The notes beneath the pieces are model-generated. The model did not search any database. It saw only the letters and a program-made list of their open reading frames with translations, and had not been told where the DNA came from. A stretch of 64,000 nt of DNA from a virus: positions 1-64,000 of the IMG/VR virus record IMGVR_UViG_3300046792_000213, one strand, 5' to 3'. Shown here one piece after another: positions 1 through 8,552 of the stretch (position 1 is the first letter of the stretch; the number at the start of each line of letters is the position of its first letter). Made by a program: the position numbers and the translations under genes.

Positions 1-153
1 GCTACCCACGGGCGGTCACCAGACCGCGTATCGGCGCACAGAACAAAGACATGACGGCGGAGCCCTTCGGTACAAAAGGAAAGATCAGAGGCCGATGGCC
101 AGATGCGCCGGAAGGCCGGGCGACGACAAGCCGCCCGGCCGTGAAGCCGGTCG

Positions 154-606
154 CTACGCGGTGACGGTCACGCCGTACTCGGCGCGCGCCGCGACGAGCT
201 GCGCCAGCACCTGCTCGCGCAGCCGGTCGAGGTGCGCCTGCACGCTGTCGAGCACCGCCAGATACTGCTCGGGGTCCAGCGGGCCCATCGGCTCGTCGCG
301 GGACGGCTCGAACAGCACGTGCGGCACGTTGCGGCACGGGTCCGTGCTGTACGGGTCGACCTGCACCCGGGCCGACAAGATCGCCATCGACTCGTCCATC
401 CCCGGGAACACCAGGGACACCTCGTCGGCACCGTGAATCAGGTCATCCAGCATGCCGCGCTGGTCGGTGAGGTGGCTGGACGTGCAGAATTTCGGACACG
501 TCTCAACGATCTGACCGGACGGGATGATCTCCCGCAGCCACGTCCGCGGACGGGGGGCGGCGGGCGGCGAGGGCTGGGCGACGGCGGGGGTCTGCGTTAC
601 AGTCAT
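154..606 (-). CDS. Hypothetical protein, DUF6907-like (actinobacterial mobile elements)
   Basis: 150 aa ORF, AAGGAG RBS, CPxxCxxxH motif typical of this family. Confidence 0.6.
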   Translation of the reverse strand: MTVTQTPAVAQPSPPAAPRPRTWLREIIPSGQIVETCPKFCTSSHLTDQRGMLDDLIHGADEVSLVFPGMDESMAILSARVQVDPYSTDPCRNVPHVLFEPSRDEPMGPLDPEQYLAVLDSVQAHLDRLREQVLAQLVAARAEYGVTVTA

Positions 607-717
607 GCTGAAGCTCCTTCGTTTTGCGATGGCGGACTTCCTGCCAGCGGTTGGCCCCGCTGGGACTTGCGGCGGCCGGGTGGTGGTACACCCGGCCGTT
701 GTGCTGTTCAGGGGGGC

Positions 718-1287
718 TCAGCCCAAACGGTCGTAGGCCCAGTTGTGGTAGAGCCGCCCGTCCGGGGCCACCATCGACGCGGGGATCGGCGGGTTCCAGT
801 CGACGAAAAGCCCGTGGCCCGATCTGAAGTCCAGCAGACCCTCCGCCTTCAACAGGCTCATGGCGTTGCCGACCGTGCGCGTACTGACGCCAGCCGCGGC
901 AGCGATCGCCTCGGCTGAGGGGATGCGCTGTTCCATGCGCCACCTGTCGGCGTCCATCTCGGCCCGCATGAGGTCGGCGACCTGCCCGGTCTTGTTCGAT
1001 CCACTGACGGGGCGCCAGTGGATCGGCATGGGGGCGTCGTCGTAGTTGTAGGTGCCGTTGTGACGGGGGTGCTCCGTCTGGATGGCGGCCTTCTCTGCTG
1101 CCAGCGCCTCCGGGCGACTGGGGTGCCACGTGATGTCGCGGCGGGTGACCTGGGAGATCCAGCGGGACCCGTTCATCCGGTGTTCTTCGAAGCGTAGTTT
1201 CGGGCGCTTGGAGACGCCGATGTAGAGCAGTCGGTCGTCGGCGTCGTAGAGGCGGTAGAGCGCGGTGCGCTCGGCGTTGGAGGGCAT
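718..1287 (-). CDS. GIY-YIG-like domain fused to GntR winged-helix
   Basis: N-term ALYRLYDADDRLLYIGVS..P..RF..H (GIY-YIG pattern); C-term RIPSAEAIAAAAGVSTRTVGNAMSLLKAEGLLDFRSGHGLFV (GntR HTH). ATG 1287 with GAAGGGA RBS; alternative start 1341. Confidence 0.7.
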   Translation of the reverse strand: MPSNAERTALYRLYDADDRLLYIGVSKRPKLRFEEHRMNGSRWISQVTRRDITWHPSRPEALAAEKAAIQTEHPRHNGTYNYDDAPMPIHWRPVSGSNKTGQVADLMRAEMDADRWRMEQRIPSAEAIAAAAGVSTRTVGNAMSLLKAEGLLDFRSGHGLFVDWNPPIPASMVAPDGRLYHNWAYDRLG

Positions 1288-1397
1288 AGGCGTCCCTTCG
1301 GCAGCACGGACTCGGCGCGCGTTTTGCGCGGTCCGTGTCACTCCCTGACCGTAGAGCTTAAAGCTCCATGTATCAAGCTAACGATGCGAAGAAGACG

Positions 1398-1422
1398 AAA
1401 ACCCCCGCCACTGGGGCGGGGG
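1398..1422 (-). terminator. Intrinsic terminator after gntR
   Basis: CCCCCGCC/GGCGGGGG stem followed by TTTT on the minus strand. Confidence 0.6.
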
Positions 1423-1439
1423 CTGTGGTGGTGCAGCGA

Positions 1440-2201
1440 TCAGGAAACGGGCAGGTGATAGCCCATCTTGTACAGGTGACTGGACTTCACAAGCACAGTC
1501 ACTTCGATGGGGCGTCGATCGTCGCTGTAAACGATCCGGAAGATCTCCAGGACGGGAGCGTCGCCGGGGATCTCCAGCAGCTCGTACTCCTCCGTCGTGG
1601 CCGATCGGGCGGCCACCTCGTCGACCTGCTCCCGCGGCGGGTATCCCAGCTCGGCAAGGAGAGTGGGTGAGCCGCCTCGAATCTTCCGCCGGTCAGTCAG
1701 CCGGGTGCCGCGCGCCAACTCGATTGGGTAATACGAGTGCGTCAGCTCGGCCGGCTCATCGTTCAGCAGCCCAAGTCGCGTTCTTAGGACCGCTGGAGCG
1801 CCCGCCTCGATCCCCAGGCCCCGGGCGACGCGCTTCGGGGTGGGCACCTCGCCAACCCGCAGGATCTCGTTGCTTCCTCGCTGGCCGCGTGTTGCCGCCT
1901 CCGTGGTCCACCGGTAGGGCTCCCCCGAATCAGACGGGTTCATGTAGGAGACGGGCGTGATCGTCTGGGTTGCTCGGTCGCGGACAAAGACGCCAGTTCC
2001 AGACCGTCCTTCGAGCAGTTGCTCCGCCTTCAAGATGTCCAGGGCGCGCTGGATTGTGACGTTGGACGCCTTGTGCGCCTTGATCAGATCGTCAGTCTTC
2101 GGGATCTGATCGCCAGGCTCCAGTTCGCCGCTCATGATCTGGGCGCGGATGATGTTCGCGATGCGCTGAGCCTTGGGGCGCTTGTCCTCGGTTCGTGCCA
2201 T
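1440..2201 (-). CDS. GntR/HutC-family regulator (KorSA/TraR-like), wHTH plus UTRA
   Basis: IANIIRAQIMSGELEPGDQIP...TIQRALDILKAEQLLEGRSGTGVFV, followed by a UTRA domain; divergent from the xis/tra genes as in pSAM2-type elements. Confidence 0.85.
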   Translation of the reverse strand: MARTEDKRPKAQRIANIIRAQIMSGELEPGDQIPKTDDLIKAHKASNVTIQRALDILKAEQLLEGRSGTGVFVRDRATQTITPVSYMNPSDSGEPYRWTTEAATRGQRGSNEILRVGEVPTPKRVARGLGIEAGAPAVLRTRLGLLNDEPAELTHSYYPIELARGTRLTDRRKIRGGSPTLLAELGYPPREQVDEVAARSATTEEYELLEIPGDAPVLEIFRIVYSDDRRPIEVTVLVKSSHLYKMGYHLPVS

Positions 2202-2758
2202 CAGTCGACTCTCATCTCGTAGCGCATGCGGTGCGGCCCTCGCGTGACCATCGTGGCCGCTTCGAACGGTGCGCCATCCCCGGAGGCGCTTGTGCGGAGC
2301 AGGCTGAACACGGGCTGGCCCTGCTCGATGCGGAGAGCCAACGCTTCGTCGTCTGAGGCGCCTCGTGCCTCTACGTCTTCAGTGACTCGCGCCGCGATGA
2401 AGCCCAACTTGGCGAGCAGTGTCGGTGCGCCACCCGGGATCTTTGCCTTCACAGCTAGCGCCGTTCCTGATGCCACCCGGGTTGGGTAGTAGGAATCGGC
2501 CAACTCGATCGGGGTGCCGTCGAGGGAGATGACTCGGCGGCGGACGATGACAGTTTCGTCCTCGCCCAGGTCGAGCGCTTGCCGGATTGCCACAGGTGGC
2601 GCAACCGGACCCACTTCCACGAGCTTCTGTGTTCCGCGGCCCGCGGTTTCCTTGGTCCAGGCGTCGGGCTCGCCGGGTTCCTGGGGGCGCAGGTACGGCA
2701 TCGAGCTACTGATCCAGCTGATGTCGCTGGTGGCGGGGTCGGGGCCGGTGGACTTCAT
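2201..2758 (-). CDS. Stand-alone UTRA-domain protein (no HTH)
   Basis: RRRVISLDGTPIELADSYYP...KIPGGAPTLLAKLG matches the UTRA of the adjacent GntR; stop/start overlap at 2201. Confidence 0.75.
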   Translation of the reverse strand: MKSTGPDPATSDISWISSSMPYLRPQEPGEPDAWTKETAGRGTQKLVEVGPVAPPVAIRQALDLGEDETVIVRRRVISLDGTPIELADSYYPTRVASGTALAVKAKIPGGAPTLLAKLGFIAARVTEDVEARGASDDEALALRIEQGQPVFSLLRTSASGDGAPFEAATMVTRGPHRMRYEMRVD

Positions 2759-2880
2759 CTTCCCAGCTTATTGCCTTGATGAGCATTTCCTAGTGGCGTG
2801 AAGCGGACACGCATGACCGCTAGTGCTTGCTGCTATCCGTATCAAGGTGTTAAGTTCGTTGGCAGACGCGAAGCCTGCGA

Positions 2881-3096
2881 TTGGAGCCAAACGTGCTGCG
2901 TGTGAAGGAGGTCGCCGACCGCCTGAGAGTGCACCCCGCAACGGTCTACCGGTGGATCGCCGACGGCCGCCTCCCCGCGGTCCGGTACGGCATACCGGTT
3001 GACCCCGACCAGCCCATCAAGGGCGGAGGCGGATCGATCCGCATCCCCGAAGAGGCGCTGGCCGCCGCTGACCTGGCGGCTCCGAAGGCCGCCTAA
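2881..3096 (+). CDS. Excisionase-family (HTH_17) DNA-binding protein
   Basis: LRVKEVADRLRVHPATVYRWIADGRLPAVR...IRIP. Confidence 0.8.
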   Translation: MEPNVLRVKEVADRLRVHPATVYRWIADGRLPAVRYGIPVDPDQPIKGGGGSIRIPEEALAAADLAAPKAA

Positions 3097-3183
3097 CCGA
3101 AAGTGCCCCAGCCGATGCGACTCAACCGCTCGGCCGGGGCTGACCACCCGAGATCGTCAAGTCTTTCCTGAGAGGAGTGTCCC

Positions 3184-3468
3184 GTGAGGTTTCCCGCGAT
3201 CACCGTCAAGCAGGCCGTGCGCAGGTGGGAGGAGCGCGCGAACCGTCCGTTGACGGCGGAGCAGTACGAGCAGGACGCGGAGTTGAATTTCCGTGAGGCG
3301 CGGCGCACGGGTAACCCGGTTTTCGAGGCGCATGCGCGGTTCGCGAAGTTGCATGCGGAGCGGACGCGGCGCGGTCTGGTGACGATCACTGACTTGCCGG
3401 CGGAGGTTTTGCGGCGGTGGGAGTTCGAGCGCGCTTCGGCGCTCTACGACGCTCACCTGCCCCGTTAG
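3184..3468 (+). CDS. Hypothetical protein
   Basis: 94 aa, GAGAGGAG RBS before GTG. Confidence 0.55.
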   Translation: MRFPAITVKQAVRRWEERANRPLTAEQYEQDAELNFREARRTGNPVFEAHARFAKLHAERTRRGLVTITDLPAEVLRRWEFERASALYDAHLPR

Positions 3469-3477
3469 TCCCGGGGT

Positions 3478-3507
3478 GCCGTCTCGGGGGTGCATCCCCG
3501 AGACGGC
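3478..3507. repeat. Perfect 12-bp inverted repeat (hairpin)
   Basis: GCCGTCTCGGGG-GTGCAT-CCCCGAGACGGC, intergenic. Confidence 0.7.
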
Positions 3508-3545
3508 GTTGGCCCGGATCACATCACTGAGAGAGGGATCGAACC

Positions 3546-3749
3546 ATGAGTAAGTCTATGTCGTCGGCCGATCGGGCCGCGCATGCCGCGGGTTCCCACG
3601 TCCGCTCGTTTCTGTCCGTTGCTGGGGAGGAGGCGTTGCGTCGGTCGTATGCGGCGACGCAGCGGATTCTGTCCGAGGAGTATGACGCCGCGCTCGTCGA
3701 GCGGGGTCTGGCTGAGTACCGCGCCTACGCCGACGGGGTGGCGGCGTGA
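3546..3749 (+). CDS. Hypothetical protein
   Basis: 67 aa, GAGAGGG RBS, coupled to the next gene. Confidence 0.55.
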   Translation: MSKSMSSADRAAHAAGSHVRSFLSVAGEEALRRSYAATQRILSEEYDAALVERGLAEYRAYADGVAA

Positions 3750-4276
3750 TGGACGCGACCGACATCGCCACGAAGTCCGCGAAGATTCTCGCCGACCGGT
3801 TCGACGCTGACCGTTTCTGGTTCGCCAGTAGCGGCCTGTTGGCCACGGGTGAGGAGATTGCCCAGCACCTGGAGTCTGTGCTCGCCCTGTTGGAGCGCGG
3901 GGGTTGGGTTCGGAGCTACGGCGCCAGCAGCGACGGCGAGGCGGTCGTTGTAGAGGACCTGGAGGAGACCGCGTCCACGGCGAGGATGGTCCGCCACTTG
4001 GTCAAGGTCGTGACGGCGGTTGTCAGGGATCTCTACGGTTCCGGCCCGTCGGAGCTGACCCTGTCTGAGGTCATGTGGCAGGGCGGGAACAGCGACCTCC
4101 AGTTCGCCGCTACGCGTTGTCTCGATCTGGTGCTCCAGGCCCAGCTTGGCGGCCCGTGGGCGTCCAGTATCAGCTGGTCTTCCCGCCCTGAGCGGACGTT
4201 TGACGAGGTTCGCGACCTGCTGCTGACCGGTGCGGTGTTCGCCCGCGAGCACGGGCCGGCGGGGGTGGCGGCGTGA
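3746..4276 (+). CDS. DUF6197-like protein
   Basis: LERGGW and W..RPERTFDEVRDLL motifs; coupled on both sides. Confidence 0.55.
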   Translation: MMDATDIATKSAKILADRFDADRFWFASSGLLATGEEIAQHLESVLALLERGGWVRSYGASSDGEAVVVEDLEETASTARMVRHLVKVVTAVVRDLYGSGPSELTLSEVMWQGGNSDLQFAATRCLDLVLQAQLGGPWASSISWSSRPERTFDEVRDLLLTGAVFAREHGPAGVAA

Positions 4277-4539
4277 GCGCCGACGCCGCGTGGCCCGAGG
4301 GCGTCATCGCCCGGTACGTGACGGTCGGCGGGGGGGCGGTGGATCTGTGCCATGAGCGTGTCCCCGGTGACAGTCGGGCGATGGGCACTGCTGCCGCTTG
4401 CGCTGGGTGTCCCGCTACCTGCTTCGAGCCGCATGCGGACTACGTCACTCGTTCCGGTGCTGACAATGCGGCCCGGGAGTGGGCGCAGTCCCACGCTGCC
4501 ACCTGCCGGGCCGTGCCGAAGCCGGGGGGTGCGTCGTGA
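4273..4539 (+). CDS. Small CxxC...HAxxC zinc-finger protein
   Basis: CAGC...AREWAQSHAATC. Confidence 0.6.
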   Translation: MSADAAWPEGVIARYVTVGGGAVDLCHERVPGDSRAMGTAAACAGCPATCFEPHADYVTRSGADNAAREWAQSHAATCRAVPKPGGAS

Positions 4540-4685
4540 GTGCGCTTACTCCTCCGGCGGATCAGGGCCTTGCTGCGGCGCAGTTGGCGGAGCAGGTCCG
4601 GCAGCACATGGAAGCCGCGAAGGCCGCTGCGGAGGCTGCTGAGGCGGCCCGCCAGCAGGCTGAGGCGCTGAGGGGGCAGCGGTGA
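4536..4685 (+). CDS. Small Ala-rich coiled-coil protein
   Basis: GTGA overlap with the upstream gene; 49 aa. Confidence 0.45.
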   Translation: MSALTPPADQGLAAAQLAEQVRQHMEAAKAAAEAAEAARQQAEALRGQR

Positions 4686-4953
4686 GTGCGAATCCGCACG
4701 AGCAGGAGCCGACTCCGCCCGAGTGGCCTACCCCTACGCCGGTCCGTGAAGAGGCCGACGAGGACCGCAGTACCAGCATCCCGCTCGACATCGTCTAACC
4801 GCTCCGAGCCCGGGCCGGCCAACACCAACCCCACGGCTGGCCGGCCCGGGCCACCCCAGCGGCTCAGGCCGACACCCCGGACAACTACCCCCACCGTCCC
4901 ACGGTCGGCCCGGAGATCGGCCAGCCACCCCACCCCGGAAGGAACCACCCGCC

Positions 4954-5028
4954 ATGCGCCTGCACGCGGCAGGGATTCTCCTGCCCATCCCCCTGATCGT
5001 CTTCGCCACTCTGCTTAGCCACCGCTGA
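4954..5028 (+). CDS. 24-aa hydrophobic micro-protein
   Basis: GGAAGGA RBS; MRLHAAGILLPIPLIVFATLLSHR. Confidence 0.35.
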   Translation: MRLHAAGILLPIPLIVFATLLSHR

Positions 5029-5116
5029 CCTGTAGCCCTGGCCGCCCGGACCCCGTGCCCGGACGGCCAGGAAATCACTCAGCAACCACCACCCGAACCC
5101 CTACCGAAAGGCAGTC

Positions 5117-5500
5117 ATGAGCATTTTCGATGCCCTGGGCAACGCCACATCCACCGCGTACCACGGCCACAAAGCGCAGAAGGAAGCGGCCCGGTTCGCG
5201 GCCAGTGTGAGGCCGGGCCACACCTACTACAGCGTCGCTACCATCCACGGGGGGCACCCCGGCCTGCCCGATCAGGTACTCCTGGAGTGGCGGTTCAGCA
5301 AGCCGGGCCGCTGGATCGGCCAGGGCGCCAAGGACGGGCACCTGACCGCCGCCGGGGCGTGGCTCGGCTACGGGCCGCTGCACGCCACCCGGCCCCCGGG
5401 TCTGATGACGCACAAGGAGCTCAGTCGCCGTCCGGGCTGCTACCCGGACGCCGAGTCGATTCCGTTCGGCGAGGTCCGACTCTCCCCGGCGGGTGTGTGA
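5117..5500 (+). CDS. Hypothetical protein
   Basis: 127 aa, GAAAGG RBS, high third-position GC. Confidence 0.6.
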   Translation: MSIFDALGNATSTAYHGHKAQKEAARFAASVRPGHTYYSVATIHGGHPGLPDQVLLEWRFSKPGRWIGQGAKDGHLTAAGAWLGYGPLHATRPPGLMTHKELSRRPGCYPDAESIPFGEVRLSPAGV

Positions 5501-5501
5501 C

Positions 5502-5738
5502 ATGGCGACGTCGACTGAGACGTTCCGCGGCGCCCGCACAGAGGGCGGGTGCGTTGTTGTCACCGTCACGGTGACTACCCGGTTGGGCTCGTCGTGGGGC
5601 ACCTGGGAGTGCGCTTGTGGCCGGTCGGGGGCGGACGGCACGAGCCGTACCCACTTCAGGTCGACGGTGGACACGGTCGTCCTCAAGCAGGCCGCGGGTG
5701 CGCACGTCGCGGTCTGCGACGGGACCGGGGAGGCGTGA
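5502..5738 (+). CDS. Small Cys/His zinc-finger-like protein
   Basis: WECACG...AGAHVAVC. Confidence 0.5.
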   Translation: MATSTETFRGARTEGGCVVVTVTVTTRLGSSWGTWECACGRSGADGTSRTHFRSTVDTVVLKQAAGAHVAVCDGTGEA

Positions 5739-6064
5739 TGGGCTGGACTATCAGTCACGGCGCCCCGAATCCCGGCGGACGGTTCGACGGGTACCACTCC
5801 CTTAGTTACGGGCGGGTTGGTGAGTGGCGGGACGCCCTGCTGTCGCTGGGCCTGTCGGGCCGGGACGCGGCGATCCTGAGGCCCCTGACTCAGCGCCGGA
5901 CCGACAGTTGGTTCGAGGTTGAGCCCCGGCGGGCGGCTGCGATTGCCGCCGTCCTGCGGCAGGTTGTGCATCGGATGCCGCGTGGGCAGCGGGAGATGAC
6001 GGAGACTCTGGCGGCTGCGGCTGAGCGGGCGTCGGCGGCTGGCGAGAAGTGGCGGTGGTCGTGA
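5738..6064 (+). CDS. Hypothetical protein
   Basis: TGATG coupling, GGGGAGG RBS; MGWTISHG...W.WS. Confidence 0.55.
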   Translation: MGWTISHGAPNPGGRFDGYHSLSYGRVGEWRDALLSLGLSGRDAAILRPLTQRRTDSWFEVEPRRAAAIAAVLRQVVHRMPRGQREMTETLAAAAERASAAGEKWRWS

Positions 6065-6633
6065 TGGCCGCCAGCATGGCCGTGTTCGAGGAGCTGCTGA
6101 CCGACGTCGGCCCGGACCTCGGCGACGAGGTGGAGGCGTGGCTGCACGACCCGGCCCGTACCGCGCACCGCCTGGTGTCCCTGCCGACGGCGGCCCTCGT
6201 CGAGCAGGCCCTTGGTGCGCAGCCGGCCGCCGAGGTCGCCGGCCCGGTTCTGCCGGGCGGGGCATGGCGGGTAATGCCCGACCGGCTACTCGCCTTGCAC
6301 CCGGGCCGGCGGCCGGAGCGCCTGGAGCGGCTGCGTATCCCCGTCGCCCAGCACCTGGAGCTGACCGCCCGGGTGCTGGAGGAGTGGGGGTGGGCTCAGC
6401 CCGGACGGCACAACCGCACGATCACTGGGGGCCGGTGCCCCCGCGGCGCCCAGTACGCGCTGTTCAGGCTCGGGTACGGCACGGAGCACACCCTCTACGA
6501 AGGCGCGCGCCGCATCCAGGGAGTCCTCGCCCAGCGCGGCGTGACCGCCCCGTACTGGGAGTGGAACGACTGGGCCACCACCACCCACGAGCAGGCCATA
6601 GCCGTCGTGCGCGCCGCGGCGGTGGTGACGTGA
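6064..6633 (+). CDS. DUF6197-like protein (paralogue of 3746..4276)
   Basis: LEEWGWAQ...GGRCPRGA...WND...THEQAIAVVRAA. Confidence 0.6.
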   Translation: MAASMAVFEELLTDVGPDLGDEVEAWLHDPARTAHRLVSLPTAALVEQALGAQPAAEVAGPVLPGGAWRVMPDRLLALHPGRRPERLERLRIPVAQHLELTARVLEEWGWAQPGRHNRTITGGRCPRGAQYALFRLGYGTEHTLYEGARRIQGVLAQRGVTAPYWEWNDWATTTHEQAIAVVRAAAVVT

Positions 6634-6908
6634 TGCCCACCGTGCTGATCGCCCGCCCGGCCCGGTCCTGGCGGCAGGTCCCGCTGGCTGCGCTGCTGCT
6701 GGCCGCACAGGTCGCGGTCGGGGTGATCGTCCTGGTCCTGCGGACGCTGCGGGCCGTGACCACGCTGACCATCGCCGCCACCGGCCACATCGAGCACCAG
6801 CTGGCGACCCGTACCGGCCGTCCCGCCCTGTCCGACACCGGCATCGCCGCACTCGCCGCCGCATTCGCCCACGAGTTCTACGCCGCCTACCACCAGCCCG
6901 CCCGATAG
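6633..6908 (+). CDS. Small membrane protein (possible spread function)
   Basis: Hydrophobic LAALLLAAQVAVGVIVLVL; TGATG coupling. Confidence 0.5.
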   Translation: MPTVLIARPARSWRQVPLAALLLAAQVAVGVIVLVLRTLRAVTTLTIAATGHIEHQLATRTGRPALSDTGIAALAAAFAHEFYAAYHQPAR

Positions 6909-6915
6909 GAACGCC

Positions 6916-7137
6916 ATGACCGCCGAAGACGCCCTCGCCGCGAACCACGACACCACGGAGACCCCCGAGTACCGGCGCCTGAACGCCGCCGTCGAGGCCG
7001 CCTACATCAACCCCAACCTGCCGGACCGGTACCGCGACCCCCGTGACCGCAAGGACGCCCACAAGCTGCGCTGCCGCTGCACCCCCTCGGAGCCCGACGC
7101 CGACGGCTACTGCCTCGCCTGCGGCTGCCAGATCTGA
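6916..7137 (+). CDS. Small Cys-rich protein
   Basis: EYRRLNAAV..A...LP; CRC...CLACGC. Confidence 0.5.
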   Translation: MTAEDALAANHDTTETPEYRRLNAAVEAAYINPNLPDRYRDPRDRKDAHKLRCRCTPSEPDADGYCLACGCQI

Positions 7138-7177
7138 CCCACCACCCGATCCGCTGACCTGCAAAGGAGATTCCACC

Positions 7178-8551
7178 GTGACCGGCCAGTCCACCAACGG
7201 GACCACCGTAAACGGCGCCATCCGGCCCCCGCGCGTGCCTGTGCTCGGGGACTGGCAGCCGATACGCCTCGGCGGCGTTCCCGCCATGATCACCGAGCCC
7301 GAGCCCGCCCCCGAGCCGATCGTCGAGCCCGTGACCGTCCCCTCCGACCCTGAGCCCCGCATCGACCACATCGCGCTCGCCGAAGCCGAGCGCATCCGGA
7401 CCCTTGCCGAGGCCGAGGCCGATGCAATCCGCGCCAAGGCAGTCGAGGAGGCCCGTAAGCAGCGCGTCATCAACGACCGTGCCGAGCGGAAAGCCGCCGA
7501 AGAGTCCGCAGCGTCTGCGGCCCGCATCGCCGAGAGCAACCGGCGCAAGACCGAGGCAGAGCGCACCACCGCCGACGCCGACAAGCAGGCCGCCGAGCAG
7601 CAGGCCGCCGAGCAGGCCGCCGCCGCCGAGATCAAGCACGCCGATGACAAATGGCGGCTCTACGCGATCTGGTTCGCGTTCGTCTGCGGCGTCGTCAGCC
7701 TGCCTGTGCAGATGTCGTTCTTCTGGAACCCGAAGGCGCCGTGGATGGCGGCGGCCCCGCTCATGCTCGAAGGCGCGGCGTGGGTCGTCCACCGCGGGGC
7801 TCGTGCGGCTGTCGCGAACCGGCGCCCGGTGTGGCACTACCGCACCATCGTGTGGCTCCTCGCGGTCCTGGCTGCCGGGGTGAACCTGTACCACGGACTT
7901 CACTCCTTCGATATCGGCACCGCGGTTGCGACGGCGTTCGCTTCGATTGCCGGCCCCGGGGTGTGGGACCTCCACGAGCACGGCCGCATCCGGAAGCGTG
8001 ACGGGGTCCTGACCCGTCGGGAGCGCAAAGTGCAGGAGCAGGCGGAGAAGGATGCCGCCGCCGAGAAGGCCGCGCGTGAGGCTTCCGCCCGGGCGGAGAA
8101 GGACGCCGCTGCGAAGGCCGCCGAGGAGGTCACGCAGAAGCTCGCCGCGGACCGCGGCGAGAGCTTCCCCGAGGTGTGGAAGCACGCCCTGAAACTGGCT
8201 GCCGCGCTCGGCGAAACCACCGTCACCGAGGCCGTCTGGCGTCGTGCCCACAAGGACGTCGAGGGCACCGACCCGGGCGACTCCGCGGAGGCTCAGCAAC
8301 TCCGCAACAAGGCCGCGCGGCGCATGCTCGATGCTCGCGCAGACGCCCCCGAAAAGAGCGTCTGGAAGGGCACAGAAACGGTCGTAAACGCACAGCGTGC
8401 AAACCAAATGCCCCGCACTCAGCGGGGGCCCGCACGGAAGCCCCCTGTGCGCCGTGTGGGTGACACCGAGCGGTACGTCGACGCGGCCCGCAAGCAGGCA
8501 TCCATCACCGCCAAGAACGCCACCGACACCACCCCGCGAGAGGACTTCTGA
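7178..8551 (+). CDS. Spd-like (DUF2637/SpdB2-type) multi-TM coiled-coil protein
   Basis: AAAGGAG RBS plus GTG; coiled coils flank about 4 hydrophobic helices; immediately upstream of traB. Confidence 0.65.
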   Translation: MTGQSTNGTTVNGAIRPPRVPVLGDWQPIRLGGVPAMITEPEPAPEPIVEPVTVPSDPEPRIDHIALAEAERIRTLAEAEADAIRAKAVEEARKQRVINDRAERKAAEESAASAARIAESNRRKTEAERTTADADKQAAEQQAAEQAAAAEIKHADDKWRLYAIWFAFVCGVVSLPVQMSFFWNPKAPWMAAAPLMLEGAAWVVHRGARAAVANRRPVWHYRTIVWLLAVLAAGVNLYHGLHSFDIGTAVATAFASIAGPGVWDLHEHGRIRKRDGVLTRRERKVQEQAEKDAAAEKAAREASARAEKDAAAKAAEEVTQKLAADRGESFPEVWKHALKLAAALGETTVTEAVWRRAHKDVEGTDPGDSAEAQQLRNKAARRMLDARADAPEKSVWKGTETVVNAQRANQMPRTQRGPARKPPVRRVGDTERYVDAARKQASITAKNATDTTPREDF

Positions 8552-8552
8552 G

